From assembly GCF_009914755.1 (NCBI RefSeq), contig NC_060938.1: a stretch of DNA of 64,000 nt. The stretch is one strand, 5' to 3'. Made by a program: the position numbers and the translations under genes. Each line of letters begins with the position of its first letter. Position 1 is the first letter of the stretch. The notes below the pieces were generated by a model that was not told where the DNA came from, made no database searches, and saw only the letters and a list, made by a program, of their open reading frames with translations. Below, in pieces: positions 15,988-34,073 of the stretch. This DNA is from the human T2T-CHM13v2.0 reference genome, Homo sapiens.

Positions 15988-15988
15988 T

Positions 15989-15992
<4 letters not shown>

Positions 15993-16041
<49 letters not shown>

Positions 16042-16085
16042 CATACATATATGTATATATAAAAACAGATATATATATATACACA
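15993..16085. repeat. (TG)21 plus (TA)-rich microsatellite
   Basis: Perfect TG run 15993-16034 followed by a TA/CA mosaic. Confidence 0.95.
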
Positions 16086-16140
16086 CATGTTTGTATATAA
16101 ATTAAAAATAAAGAATGAGCTAAAGAATACAGCAGAACAA

Positions 16141-17010
<870 letters not shown>

Positions 17011-17147
17011 AAGAACAAGTCTAAACTTCTCCCTGGTTAAGCATAATGAAATTATACATGTACATGGCAGGCACCCAACACATGATAGGTACTGATATAG
17101 ACTTGCTGCATTTTTAACTGCTGCTGTAAAACCATAAATGCTGCTAT

Positions 17148-17430
17148 TGTCATTCATCCATTCAGTAAATATTTAGTGAGTATCCAGTATCCACCATGCG
17201 CAAGGCACTGCAGATATAGCTATCAACAAATTATTTATACAATATAGTGAAAAGCATATGGGCTTTGGCATCAGACACACCAGCTCTCTTACTTAACTAG
17301 CTCTAGTGTGAACTTGCTGTGCTAACTTCTCTGAGCTTCAGTTTTCATATCTGTAACATGGGGATAATAGCATCATCTTTGAAAGTAGGGTTGTTATGAG
17401 GATTACACGAAATTAGTAATGTCTGAGAAG
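17148..17430. mobile_element. L2 3' tip plus MIR
   Basis: cattcatccattcagtaaatatttagtgag (L2 end); ctctgagcttcagttttcatatctgtaacatggggataatag (MIR core). Confidence 0.7.
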
Positions 17431-18362
17431 TTTACAGAATCATAGAATATGGTCTAATTTATCATTAGTGGTAGTAGTCTACTTCCAGAAGTTTTTCTGT
17501 TGAAATGTTGCAGCTGCTATAGCATTTCACCACGAGAGGGTGGCATGACCACACTATTTGAAACTTGTCTGTCGTATGCAGATGGCTCTCAGCATTGAAC
17601 ACAGCATTAGCCTCATTTTCTGAGTTTAGCACAACATTTAGAGGTCTGAACAGCTTAGTCTAATATTTTTAAAGTGTCAGGTTTTAACCTCTAGGCTTCT
17701 ATTCAACTGGGTATCTATGGAACGATTAATTAAGTATTCTACATTCCAGATGTTGAAAATATTTTTCAAATTAGGACTCAGCAGGATCTGAAATTTTGAG
17801 TGTTAAAAATTAGGCCAAGTTATCTGAAAGCATTAGGTTGTCTTTGGGTATATCCAGAATTTCATGCAGAGCTGGCCAAGCTGTTAAACTCAGGCCTCCC
17901 AGCAGTAATTTGAAGTTCGTTTAAATTCAATTTACTCTGTACAAGCCGTTATAGTAGCTAGAGGATACAAAGCTGGAGTCTTTGATTCAACAGATATTTA
18001 CAGAGAACCCACGATGTACCATAGTTTCAGCAAGGGGTTAAAAAAAAGAGACCAAAGTTAAGATGTGGTCACTGTCATTAAGAAATCTGTGAGATTTATC
18101 AAGCTCCTAAGTGGAAAGTAACAAGCAAGAAGAGAGCAGCTCAATGGGCTGAGACGATAGAGCAGGGTCTGCTGGGTCTTGCACCAGGGGCTGGCTTGCA
18201 GCTATCTGTAGGCCTCTTTGTTGAAGAGGCGCAACTCCCTGCCTCACCCATGACTGATGGACTGGACTCTGCCTATATGATGTCCCAGTGGGGAATATTT
18301 GTATCAGTGCTTCTAAACATTCATGCCACGACACACAGGTATATTGCTAAGAACCATAATGA

Positions 18363-18674
<312 letters not shown>

Positions 18675-19839
18675 TGTAATTCTCTTTTACTGTGAATCTC
18701 AGCCAAGAAACCAGGGAGCAAAACCTGTAGCTTGCTTTATCCTCCAATGAGTCCTTCTAATTTTATTTTGTCCCCTCAATCTGTTAGGAGGCCAGAGACG
18801 TCATCTTAGTCAATTCATTTCTCTTGTTCTGGAACAGGTCATGTGGCAGGGGCAGGGGGTGATGTAAAGGCATCGGTGAGTGTGTGGAGCTGTTAAGCCC
18901 TTGACATCACCGGGCCACGTGGGCATTTGTTGAGATGTCCGTTACTCATCTGGTTCTTGGTTATCAGTTTATTCAGGTTGCCTAGGAGACATCCTTTCTC
19001 TCCCTGATAAGTTTCAGATTCATTGGCTCACTCTATCTCCTGGATGCTTTGGGGGCACAGGAATTGTTCTGTCCCACTGGAATTCAGCAAATTCTCTGAG
19101 GCCACCCATGGCTCTGTCCAGCGGTCCCAGAAACAGCAGGCAACAATGTCCTCTCTGCATCTTGCTGCCTCCCAGGGATCTTCCCCAAGAATGGGGACAT
19201 TTTCCTGCTCTCAGATGCCTCACACCCACCTGGGGACTTTAGTACCACCCTGGGGTTTGCCCAAGGTGCCCCTTCCCCACACAGTCCCCAACTTCTACCA
19301 TGCCATTGCTTCCCCTTAGGTTCCCTATCTCAAGCTTCTAAAATCTAGGAACGGGAGGGACCCTGGCTCTTGTATTCGTGATTTGTCTCTAAAACCTGTA
19401 CGCCAAATTCTCTTTGTGGCACTTACATTTCCTGTCTTTTTGAAAAAACAAAATCCAGAATGAATCTCAAAGGTTGTGTGATTTTCTCCTCGCTGCCTCC
19501 TTTCTCCCTACAAAGCAAGTACAGGCGAATCCAGCAGCTTGGGGTTGGGCAAGAGGAGAAGGGTAGAAAGGTGAAAGCAAATATAGGGGAAAATATTGGT
19601 TAATATTTCAAATATATTATCCTGCCATACCAATAATAAAGTACCAGCATTTGTGGATAATTTATCTTTTTTTATAAGTTGAAGTGGTTTCAAGGTTATC
19701 CCTATAATAACTTCCATCCTATTGTTGCTCTGAATTTCAGCTCAATCATTTCTTCCTCAGGGAAGGAAGGGTCTCCAGACCTACCCCATCTATGCTTTCA
19801 TAGCACCATTTATCTCCCTCTTACAATACTTAATCTTGT

Positions 19840-19992
19840 TTTGTAAAAGTTGTCGTGAAATACACATAACAAAATGTACTATCTTAACCATTTTTAAGTG
19901 TACAGTTCAGTGGCATTAAGTACATTCACATTGTTGTGATACCGTCACCATCATCTATCCACGGAAATCTCTTCATCTTACAAAACTGAAAT
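19840..19992 (-). mobile_element. L1MB 3' tip within L2-like sequence
   Basis: cttaaccatttttaagtgtacagttcagtggcattaagtacattcacattgttgtg. Confidence 0.8.
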
Positions 19993-20899
19993 TAAATTAA
20001 TGTAATTTGTGTGGTTTTTTGGATTAACATCTGTCTGCTCCCATGGGCTACAAGTTCCATAAGGGCTTAGACTGTCCTGTTTTGTTCTTCACTGTATGTT
20101 ACTGTCACACTCAGAAAACACTGGTTGAGCGGGCACTCTGTGGTATGCACTGCATCAGACACTAACACTTACTTTTCATATATGCATTCTTGAGTGGGAA
20201 AGAAAGGAAGGAGGTACAATTGTTGTGTCAGAAATTGCTCAAACCTTGGGTGTACATGAAAGTGTGTTGTATAATTCAACAGCATATAGACAAGTATGAG
20301 ACTTTAGGCTAACATGACTAAAACGGCATGCCTTCCCCAAAATATAATGAAATAAGGAAATAGGAAAAGAAACACAAAAAACACCATAAGCAGTAATCAA
20401 ACGAAGAAATATAAAATAGTACAATTAACTTTAAAGAAAAAAAACCTGGCCATTATGAAAAGACTCAGAAGATGCTGGAACAGAGTAGAACCCTAGTAAT
20501 GCCTGAATTCTCCAGACTGGAGAGGCAATAACATTCAAGAATTCTCACTGCTAGCCCCAAATTTGAAGAGAAGCAGATGGAACAAAGTGACCTTATTTTC
20601 TCCTTCTGACTGAGGAATCATGGAAATGATACTGGAAGAAAGGAATGAGTGAGGATAGCTCTATAGCTACACATGGGACTGGAGAAATCTACCGAAGCCC
20701 AAGGTCACTGAGCAATGGGAAGGAGACGCTTTCATCTCCATCGCCATTAGGTAGGGTGATCCTTTGTACAGCACAGATAGCAAAATAATGGAAGAGAGAG
20801 CAGGATTAACTTTTCCAACAAAATCTGCCCTGCCTACCATCTCAAGGGTAAGGGCCCAGTTGGGTCTTCCGCAGAAAACTTAAACTGGTCTCAGACACG

Positions 20900-22810
<1,911 letters not shown>

Positions 22811-23694
22811 AGAGGAAAAAACCCAAAAGGATAAGTTGAAAATATCTGCTTTACACCAACTGAATCGAAATCATGCTGGTCTCATTTACGGGCTGCCTAA
22901 GAAATTCAAGGACAGGTTGATAGAATGACTGGCTGGCCAGAATGGGTTGTAGGGTCTGTAATAATGAGCTTCAGAATGACAGGCTAGGGTGGCACATGGC
23001 CACTCTTGGGTGGTCGAGAAGAAAAGTGACAGTGTCTGAGTACTGAGAGAATCACAGAAATCGCAAAAGAACAGTCAGATCTATTCATCATTGCATGTAC
23101 TCAAATATGCCATGACTCATTTTTTCCCTTGAAGCATAACACCTAGTAAAGTCTGAACACTCATAGGTGTTAGTTTTTTCATCGACCTTTTAATGGAATC
23201 TTATTCTACTTATTAGGCACTCGATAAAGATGGAAATATGTTAATGAAAACTAATGAAACAATTTTAAAACTAAAAACGACAGCAGATTTTGCTAAATTA
23301 ATAGGAAATGGATATGATTCTCAAGAAACAATAGGTAAAACATAAAACTAGCATGGCTGAAAAGTGGTTGTACAATAGTGATGCTCTAACCATGCAGGCC
23401 TGATCCTTCTCTTGGTGCGCTGAGACAGGCAAGCATGGCAAAGCTGAAAGACTGTGGAGTTTCAAGTCAAATTCTTGCCCCCTCCAATTATAGTTTCCTT
23501 CTCCATAAGATGAAGATCCTACTGCTAACTTTGCTGATTTGGTTAGGATAACAAGTGCGTTAAAAAACTATCAAGAGTTCAATGGAGGTAACTACTACTG
23601 GAGCATGAATGAGGGCAAACCTCTCCTCTTCTCCAGAATGACCACAGACTAGCTGTTACCTAAAATTGTGTGTTTTTTCTTCCTAATTGCTCTC

Positions 23695-23993
23695 TTTTTT
23701 TTTTTTTTTTTTTTAAGACGGAGTCTTGCTCTGTCACTCAGGCTGGAAATGCAGTGGTGTGATCTCAGCTCACTGCAACCTCCTCCTCCAGGTTCAAGTG
23801 ATTCTCCTGCCTCAGCGTCCCGAGTAGCTGGGATTATAGACACGCAACACACCTGGCTAATTTTTGTATTGTTAGTAGAGACGGGGTTTTGCCATGTTGG
23901 CCAGGCTGGTCTTGAACTTCTGACCTCAAGTGATCTGCCCGCCTTGGCCTCCCAAAGTGCTGGGATTACAGGCATGAGCCACAGCACCCGGCC
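23695..23993 (-). mobile_element. AluS
   Basis: Reverse Alu. Confidence 0.97.
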
Positions 23994-24107
23994 CTAACTA
24001 CTGTCTTTATGTCCAACTTGACCAATAACCAACCCACACAGCCAGCTCCCTGGGGAATCTGCAAAATTAAACATGGATTAAACCTTATTCAGAGGCAGAG
24101 GGGGGAC

Positions 24108-24215
24108 GTTCTGAGCTGACGGCCCTAAATCTATGTAGGAAGTACATGTGCATGAAGCCATGTTCTGAGCTGATGGCCCTGAATCTGTAAGGGAAGAACA
24201 TGTGTGTGAAGCCTG
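24108..24215. repeat. 54-bp tandem duplication (2 diverged copies)
   Basis: gttctgagctgacggccctaaatct...gaagcc at 24108 and gttctgagctgatggccctgaatct...gaagcc at 24162. Confidence 0.9.
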
Positions 24216-24229
24216 TGTGTCCGGTGTGT

Positions 24230-24365
24230 ACTGAGAGCTGGAGGGATCACAGAGATCGTTTGGTCCAACATCCTCACTTTATAGAACACGACACCAAAAC
24301 CCAGAGAGGTGGACTTGCTTAGGCTCGTATTACTAGTAAGTAGCAATCAGCATCCTGACTCAGAA
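24230..24365 (-). mobile_element. MIR
   Basis: gtccaacatcctcactttatag...cccagagaggtggacttgcttagg. Confidence 0.6.
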
Positions 24366-24840
24366 TAAGTACTTCTATTTTGGGTAAGCAGGGAAGTTTT
24401 AATGGGAGGACTGGCTTATGGAGAAGCACAGAAGTTCAGAAACCAGACTGGGGAGAAAGAGTTGGCCCTGAAAACCCCTGCCATAGCCCACGATTGCAGT
24501 AGCGCACACGTCCTTGTGCTGCCTCTCTATATGTGGTGAAATTGTCACTTCCTTGTTGCTAGAAAGACTTGCCATCTTTTCTCCTCTTCTTGGTTCACCT
24601 GCTGATGAACACATTGTCCACTTCCAGAAGCATCACTGGGCAACATCTATTCTCTGTGATGTGTGCATGGGGATGGCATGAAAGAGACCTGAATGTGAGC
24701 ATTCCTGGGTCCCAGAGAAAACCACGACAAGGAGCAAAGCCAGAGCTGGCACTGGGCATCCTCCTGGACACAGAAGGAGGGGCTGAGGGAAAGATGCTGA
24801 CTGGCAACAGGGGAGTTGGTAGCAGCACAGTCAGGAACTA

Positions 24841-24946
24841 AGATAGAAATATTCTTTCATCTCTTGCAGCCAGAAGGCAGGAAAAGCTGAAGAGCAGGCT
24901 CTGTATTTAATGACAAGATCTGCTGATCTCCGGAGAAGGTAGAATT
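24841..24946 (+). repeat. Isolated ~106-bp copy of 26442-26547
   Basis: Ungapped by-eye alignment, about 11 mismatches. Confidence 0.92.
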
Positions 24947-26189
24947 TTGTGGGTCAGACCTAGAGTAGTTTCTAACAAGACCCTGGGAAGGAGAAAATTG
25001 GCAATGAAGTCAGGCCAAGAATAAACATGTAGCTCCACAGATGCTTAGGATCAGGCAGGAGTCGCAGTTACTGCCTCTCCTAACTTCTTAGACATCAGGT
25101 CTCTCACCTGAAGTCTGTGGCCTTGGTTGACTGTGCTTCTCTTCCATGGGGACTGAAAGTCTGTGTCTGGAAGCGTGTGCTTCTTTCAAGACGAGCTGTG
25201 GGCAGACTCTCTGACAGCACTGGGTTGAGATGTGTGCTTTGCCACATTTTTAATCTTCAATCCCTACTGGCCCCTTCTATCCTCACCTTCTTTTCCTTTC
25301 TCCAGGGTCTTCCCATCTGCAGAATTGAGAAAGCACACATTTAGAAATTCCAGGAGTACGGAACAAAAATACTTTATAAAAAGGAGACATGATCTCATAG
25401 AAGAGGGATGTTTATTTGCCCCAGCCCGGGAGAAGTTCATTCTGAGAGCATAATTTTAGAGTCGATTGGACAAACATACCTGGGAAGGAGCTGGATAAAC
25501 TAAATTAGGAATAAAGAATGGCCATTGCCTCGGGCCCCCAAATCTGAAGACACTAGCACAGATTTAGAAACCCACTCTCCAAGTTACTTTTTCCCCTCCA
25601 CTGGCTAATTTTCTACTTTTGCTATTTATTCATGAACTTTTCTTTATATTTGGAGACAGGGAGGAGAATGTTCTTGGGGATTTGACAGACTTGGGTTAAA
25701 ACAAGTAGCTACAGACATCAGGTATTAGTAATGACTCTTAGAAAGAGACCGTCCCAGCAGGAGTGGATGTGGGCTTGGGGTTTGGACTTTGCTTTCCTTC
25801 ATGTCTGTTTTTCCCAGAATCTGCTTTTCCCTTAATTTGCTCTCCATTTGTCCTCTTTCTACGAGGCTGTGGCACGTCCATTGGCCACCTCTGGCTTTCA
25901 TATGCTGAGCTCAGTCTTCCATAAACAAGGCACCTTCCAACCCCTAGTTCTTGACAAAATAAACCATCGTTAGGCCTGACACATAGTTGGCACTCAGATA
26001 TTTGTTAGAGAATGAAATGAATAAGTTCCAAGTTTAACACAAATGGAGAAATGGAGGCTCAGAGACCTACTTACTCACTGTCCCAGGGTGCATCCTGGCA
26101 AGTGGCAGAGCTTATAGTCTAGTCGAAGTCAAGGAAAAAGCATCTAAAAATACTAGTAAAATTCCAGTGGGCTCAGGGTGTTCTCATGT

Positions 26190-26700
26190 CATAAGATTAG
26201 TACAGGGTGCAATCGTTACAACTTTCCCCAGTGGTGAACTGGGATGGCTACCACTGAAAGAGAATGCACTGGTGGATGCAATAGCTCAGCCTCAGCGGAG
26301 GCTTGGGGGAAGTGGTAATTATTGAATTACTACTAAATGAATGCTCTTGTTAGGGGGTATTGATGCACTTGCAAAAGATTGAGGGTGAACAGTGGCCCAT
26401 TTAAGGCCCTTGACTTATAACAGGCAGAGGTCCTCCTTGGTAGATACAAATATTCTTTCATCTCTTGCAGCCAGAGGGCAGGAAAAGCTGAAGAGCAGTC
26501 TCCATATTTAATTACAAGGACTGCTGATCTCCAGAGAGGGTTGAATTCACAACCCAGCAGGTGCACCTCACCAAGTCAAAGCCCCCAGTGGGAGGAAAGA
26601 GGACTCTGAGACTCGAATGGGGACATCTGAGTTGGTACGTTCAGAATTTTTTTATCCCCAGAATTCCCTGGACCATCTGGGCTGTGAAAGAGGCTACTTT
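26190..26700 (+). mobile_element. ERVL-class (HERV16/ERVL/MaLR-int-like) internal gag remnant
   Basis: Reads YKYSFISCSQRAGKAEEQSPYLITRTADLQRGLNSQPSR, then gaggactctgagactcgaatggggacatctg (cf. ERVL gag ISCSxRAExAE...LQRxLNSQP...KEWDPETWNGDIW). Confidence 0.75.
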
Positions 26701-27935
26701 GCTATGCAGTCATCTGAGGCTTGAAGTGTTAAAAGTCTGAACTAGGATGGTTATAGTAAGACTTGAGAAGTGAAGGGAGTGATGTGGGAGATGATGGGAA
26801 GAAATGAGGTTTGTGTTCCAGTGGTCACTAATGCTCCAGTGCTTACTGGGATAAGAGGCAATTTAATACTTTGATGAATATGATATTGTAAGATAAATAA
26901 ATATAGCTTGTCTACGTAGACAGCAGGTATAGTAACTCTTACATGTCCTCAAGATAGCATGTATTTTTCTTTTCCAATTTCCATTTTCAGTTTTATTTCA
27001 AGAAATAATAACAATTCTCACAACAGTGATTAAACTAATAAATAACATTGTGCATTAGTGCATGAGAATGAAGAATGCACATTATTAATAAGTTTATTTA
27101 TGATACCATCTCTACTCACCCTTTTTTTTCTCCCAACAAAGTGCTTAAGGATCTCAAAAAGCTACCAAACAAATACACCCATACACACGTATATACACAG
27201 GAGATAGAGTTATATATGTATATTTCACCACAAGTAAGAAATCTTCCAAATGACAGTTCATAAAGAAAATGGTAATTTTAGAATAAAAATCATTAGAGAT
27301 GGTGGACATTTATTAAATTTATATACTATCAAAACTTGGTTTTATTAATCTCAAACTCAATTTGAACATTTTCGAAATACAAATAGACAAAAATCTTACT
27401 AACATTATTGACTCTCAGGCGGAAAAATACATTCACGTGCCTTTTTTTTCCTGGCAAAGCTATATATATCCCATCAATTTCAAGGGTTTGCAGATGTCTG
27501 GATTCCTTGGACCAATACATTTGAAAAAAAAACATTTTGGGGACCAATATTGAGTTTCATTCTTAATTTTGCCAATTAAGTTTGTTTGGAAAAAAAATCA
27601 CTGGTCTTTTACCACCATTCTTGTTCTTCAAAAGAATGAAGATTTAAAAGTAAAACAGTATGAAAGATATAATCTCACAATAAAAACTTTTAAATTTATT
27701 CAGTGAATTAAAAAATTAGCTTCATGAAAAACTCTTGGTTGTCTCATTTATCTCATTCCTCTGGGGATCAACAAAAAATTTTGTCAAGATAGGTATTGAT
27801 GCTGTACATGAACAGAAGTTTAGGACCCACTAATGTAATGCATTTCTAGAAATTAGATTTAAGAAAGTTTTAATTATTTCCACTAGAGAGATGCAGAAAG
27901 CATATCACAGGATGATTTGAAGTCGGTTGCTCTGG

Positions 27936-28125
27936 GGCAGCTCTTCTCACGTGTTAGCATCAGCATCCCTTACAGAGCATCTTAAAACACAGATTGGTAT
28001 CCCACCCCAGAGTTTTTTGAGTCAGTGGATTAGGGGGAGGGGGCAGTCAAGAATGTGCATTTCTAACAAGTTCTCATGTGATGCTGATGCTACTGACCTG
28101 GAGGTCACCTTTTGAGAACCACTGC
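27936..28125. mobile_element. MER5A (hAT-Charlie MITE)
   Basis: gcatttctaacaagttctcatgtgatgctgatgct...ttttgagaaccactg. Confidence 0.85.
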
Positions 28126-29247
28126 TCCATGTTAATAAAAAGGCAATTGCTAAAATGTATTTTTCATTTTCAAGCAATATTATAAGAACTTATCAGACTT
28201 CTTATTTCTCAAAATGTAGAGTCACACCTCAATCTCTATTTTATAGAACAGAGAATGCAAATATCTTGCCCAAGTGTTCCCATGGCCTGGGATGCCCTTA
28301 TTGCCGTGTCTTTTGAGTGAATGCTAACACATCCTTCTAGAGCCTGTTTAAGTCTGATCTCTTTTTTCCTTAACCCCTCAGGTTGAATCTATCTAATCAT
28401 TCCTTCCCTTTTCTCTTTTCCTTTTCCCTCCCTCCCTTCCTTCCTTCTTTCCTCCCTTCCTTGTATGGATGTTCCTATTAGATTTTGGGCTTGTGGAGAA
28501 CAGGTGCTGTAGCTCGTTTATTTTTCAATCCTAGCATGTAGCATCAAGCCTGGTGTTACTTTTGTCTGCCTGTTTGGCATATCATGGCAATAGCAATATT
28601 AGTGAGTGGAGTAATCGCTACTGGATTTGCTCTCTTAGACAGTTTGGATTATTTAGGTTAAACATTTTGTCTCCCTTGCCCCTTATAATCGGTGTTATTT
28701 TTCTGAAATCACACTGATAGCTTCTTAAGCTGCACACTTAAGAAGTATCTACTATAGGGGTACTAGCCAATTAGTCAAATATTGCAGCAAGCATATGGAA
28801 GTCCTCAGCTCCCATATTTGTCAATTATTAGCCTAATAGGCTTCCCTGTACATAATCCTATTTACAATATCCCTGGAAAAAACTTGCATACTATTTCTGC
28901 CAGCCTTGGGTGACATAAAAATGGGATGCTTTAGATATCCAAATTGAAAATTCTCCAAGTTTTTTTTGAATATCAAAAATACATGGAATAGTAAATATGC
29001 TTGGAGTATTTTTCCACATTCCATAGGTAGGAACTGAAAGCTGAAGCCATCTGGTGCACCCAAGTTTTTCAATAGTTCAGTGCCTTTTCTCCTCATTTCT
29101 TTACGTGCTATTTTTCTTTTGAAACTAAGGGACAAACATAATGGTATAGCAAAAATATTGACAGGTATGAATACGTGCTAAATGCAGATGATTTTATCTT
29201 TGAATTGATGAATCGTTTTTTGCCATTTTCGCCAGATTTTCTTTCTT

Positions 29248-29386
29248 TAAATTTTATTTTATTTTTATTTTATTTTTTAAAATTATACTTTAAGTTCTAG
29301 GGTACATGTGTACAATGTGCAGGTTTGTTACATATGTATACATGTGCCATGTTGGTGCGCTGCACTCATTAACTCGTCATTTACAA
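29248..29386 (-). mobile_element. Short young L1PA 3' tip
   Basis: attatactttaagttctagggtacatgtg...ctgcactcattaactcgtcatttaca. Confidence 0.92.
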
Positions 29387-30223
29387 GATCCTTGATTGTA
29401 TGACCCAGGAAAAGGCTGATTGATTGTGGGAAAGTAGGGTTCACTACTTGCATTATATTTATCACAATTTCTGGGCCCATGAAGACAGAGAAGAGGGAGT
29501 AAAACATATTTGGGCTATAGACTGGGCTAAGGAGCAGAAAGATATGCAGATAATATCGTGGGATAGAATAGGTAATGAGAATTGAAGTCCTAAAATTTTT
29601 AAGTCATTTTCTATAACTGACATAAAACATTTCCCAAAATATCATGTTAATCAAGTGAAATAAAGAGGTAGCATTTTATTAATTTTGGCCAAAAGATGTC
29701 ATTTTCCATCATACTTAGTGAACAAGAGTTACTCGTTACTTTTTAGACATGTTTATATTGCTCAAACTCTTTCATTTGAGAAACGTAGAGTGTCCTGCCC
29801 TCAAACAGAACTACACAATTAATGAACATTTGTTTGAAGTGCTTTGTGACATTTCATTCAAAGGTGTCCACGAGATGCCACATGCTATTAGAAGTAGCAA
29901 TCCTTGTTTTGTTCATAGACAATTCAATTATAGAAAAGACCCAGAAAGAAGTTGCAAAAGGAATATCATTAAACAACCGGGTAGCTCTCTTCTCATGTAT
30001 ATTTTAGAGAGGGATCAGCTTGTGAGCTTGCAGGTAATTGACTGCAGAATTAGGTTGTCCATTGACCAAGCATTTATGGAGATTGTAAAGGATGAGAAGT
30101 AATACATAGCAAGTTCCCTTGTAAAAATCTCTAGGAAGTTCAGGGGGAAGGAAGGGGAGAAGGAAATTTATCTCTAGCCTTATTGGATACTGAGGAACTC
30201 TTCTATGTTTAAGAGCAACTCTG

Positions 30224-30563
<340 letters not shown>

Positions 30564-32139
30564 TTATCTCTTTTTATTATTCTGGCCCCAAATAAGTTCA
30601 CTCTTCTGAGTTTTATAGCATTTTCTGTCTGCCATTTTTCTTACAAATTAATGATACACTGCTTCAGTCATCACAGGGAGAGGTCAGAGTCCCATCTGCT
30701 GGTTAGGCTTTGTTTACTCTTGATGAGGGCAACTGTGTGTTAAAAAGTCTCACACACAGGTACTGCCTCCCTCCAGGGGCCTCAGTAACTTAACCATTGT
30801 TGGGACAGGTAGCCCGTGACAGGTGCAGTCACCTTGAGTCTCTTCCTTCCTCTTCTCCTGTGGCTGCTCAGTGTGATGTCCCTCGTGCTGTCCCATACAG
30901 TCCCTCCAGTTAGAGGGTGAGACAATCCCAAGCTTTGGGTTTGGGTTTAGGAAGATGGAAAAGGCTCATTTGGTGTTCAAGCAGAACACATGTCCACTGA
31001 CCAGGTTATCAGCCAACTCTTCCCAGGAGTTTAGAGCATAATTACAGGTAATTAAAAATAACACAGTTCTTCAGTTCTGATCTATCATTGTCCCTTTTAT
31101 GAGAAGCCTTACAGTGTGGAAGGGAGGCCAGCTAAGGCAGGATTTGGGAATTTTTAGGTGTCTTTAGTCAATAGCATCTTAAGCTTCATCAACCCTGCCA
31201 CTTGAGCTCTTAATTGTGTGTGCGTCTTTTATTCATCTCACAAACATTTATTGAAGGCCCGATCCATTCTTCCACACTAGATTCAACTAGATTGTACATT
31301 ACCGGAAAGGCAAGGGACTACATCTTTAAACTTCTCTGTAGCTCTCCCCTTTCTCTCTTTATTTTAGAATCTAGCAAAGTACTGTGTACTTTGTAGGCAC
31401 TCAGTGATTATTTCTAACTAAATGAAACACTGAACAAAGTCCCAGCTTCCTGAGACCTCAGACAAGAAGACAAGTATTGGGTAGATGAGGGAAAACCTAG
31501 CAGTTTTCGAGTACTATATGACAGTGCCTTTTGCTAACTACATTATCCAACAGTTCTGCCAGCTAGGGCCCAGGGCCTAGTTCTGGCGATTTTGAAAGGA
31601 ACTGTTAGTGTCTCCCATGGAGAAAGCTCATGGGTAAGAGCATTCTGGGACCACACCAAATATTGATTCCTGGAATGACAGTCCAAATTGACATGAATGC
31701 TCAATTTGAGAGCCAGACATAGATAAAAGATGGAGTACTGGGGACACCAGGGCTACAAAGAGGCTACAATGGGAAGGCCCGAGGAAGAGCTGGATGTGGA
31801 CCTTGCCAGAAAGAAATAAAGAGAATAAAGAAAGGACAGGTGGTTTGAAACAAACCACCATGTTTTCTAATGCTCCCTGTGAACCAGTGAAAAGAACTGA
31901 ATTATTATTCTCATCAGAGTCGGAGTCAAGATAAACCCAGGATACTTCTCAGATTGCTAGCATAGAAAGACTGAAGAAATACCAGAAAAGTATATTAAAA
32001 ATGTAAGTTTAAATTTTAAAAATCTGATTTTTTAAACACACACACGTTTTATTTAAAGAGAATGAAAACAATCTAAACATGAGGCTTTTTAAAATGTGAG
32101 GCCCTGGCCAAATGTCCCTCATGTTCACTTGGTGATGGT

Positions 32140-32260
32140 ATCTATCCTCTTAGTACAGATTGGGAAACTGAGGCTTAGGAAGAATAAATGATTTGAAGAA
32201 AGTTGAACTAGTAAGGGGTGGAGACAGGATTTAAACCTGGAGCTATTAGATTCTAAACCC
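32140..32260 (-). mobile_element. MIR
   Basis: tacagattgggaaactgaggcttagg...caggatttaaacctgg. Confidence 0.7.
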
Positions 32261-32262
32261 CC

Positions 32263-32632
32263 TGTATTATTCTGTTCTCACACTGTTATGAAGAAATATC
32301 TGAGACTGGGTAATTTATAAAGGAAAGAGGTTTTATTGACTCATAGTTCTGCGGGGCTGAAGGAGGCCTCAAGAAACTTACAATCGTGGTGGAAGGGGAA
32401 GCAAACATGTCCTTCTTCACATGGGGGCAGGAAGGAGAATGAGTGCCAAGTGAAGGGGGAAGCCCCTTATAAAACCATAAGATCTTGTGAGAACTCACTC
32501 AGTATCATGAGAACAGCATGGGTGAAACACCCCCATGATTCAATTATCTCCACCTGGCCCCGCCCTTGACACGTGGGGATTATTACAGTTCAAGGTGAGA
32601 TTTGGGTGGAGACACAGAGCCAAACCATATCA
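32263..32632 (-). mobile_element. THE1 (THE1C/D-like) solo LTR
   Basis: tgtattattctgttctcacactg...gagatttgggtggagacacagagccaaaccatatca. Confidence 0.93.
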
Positions 32633-32659
32633 CCTCTCTCCTCCCTTTTTAAAAAACTA

Positions 32660-33949
<1,290 letters not shown>

Positions 33950-34073
33950 TCAGCATGAATCATGAAGCCAAAGGATACTTGGCATGGATCCTATAAAGAG
34001 AGATTGTGAAAATGTTTGGACTGCACTCTTAATTTGGGCCCCTTAAAGCAGAGCTGAGACAAACACTGCACAG

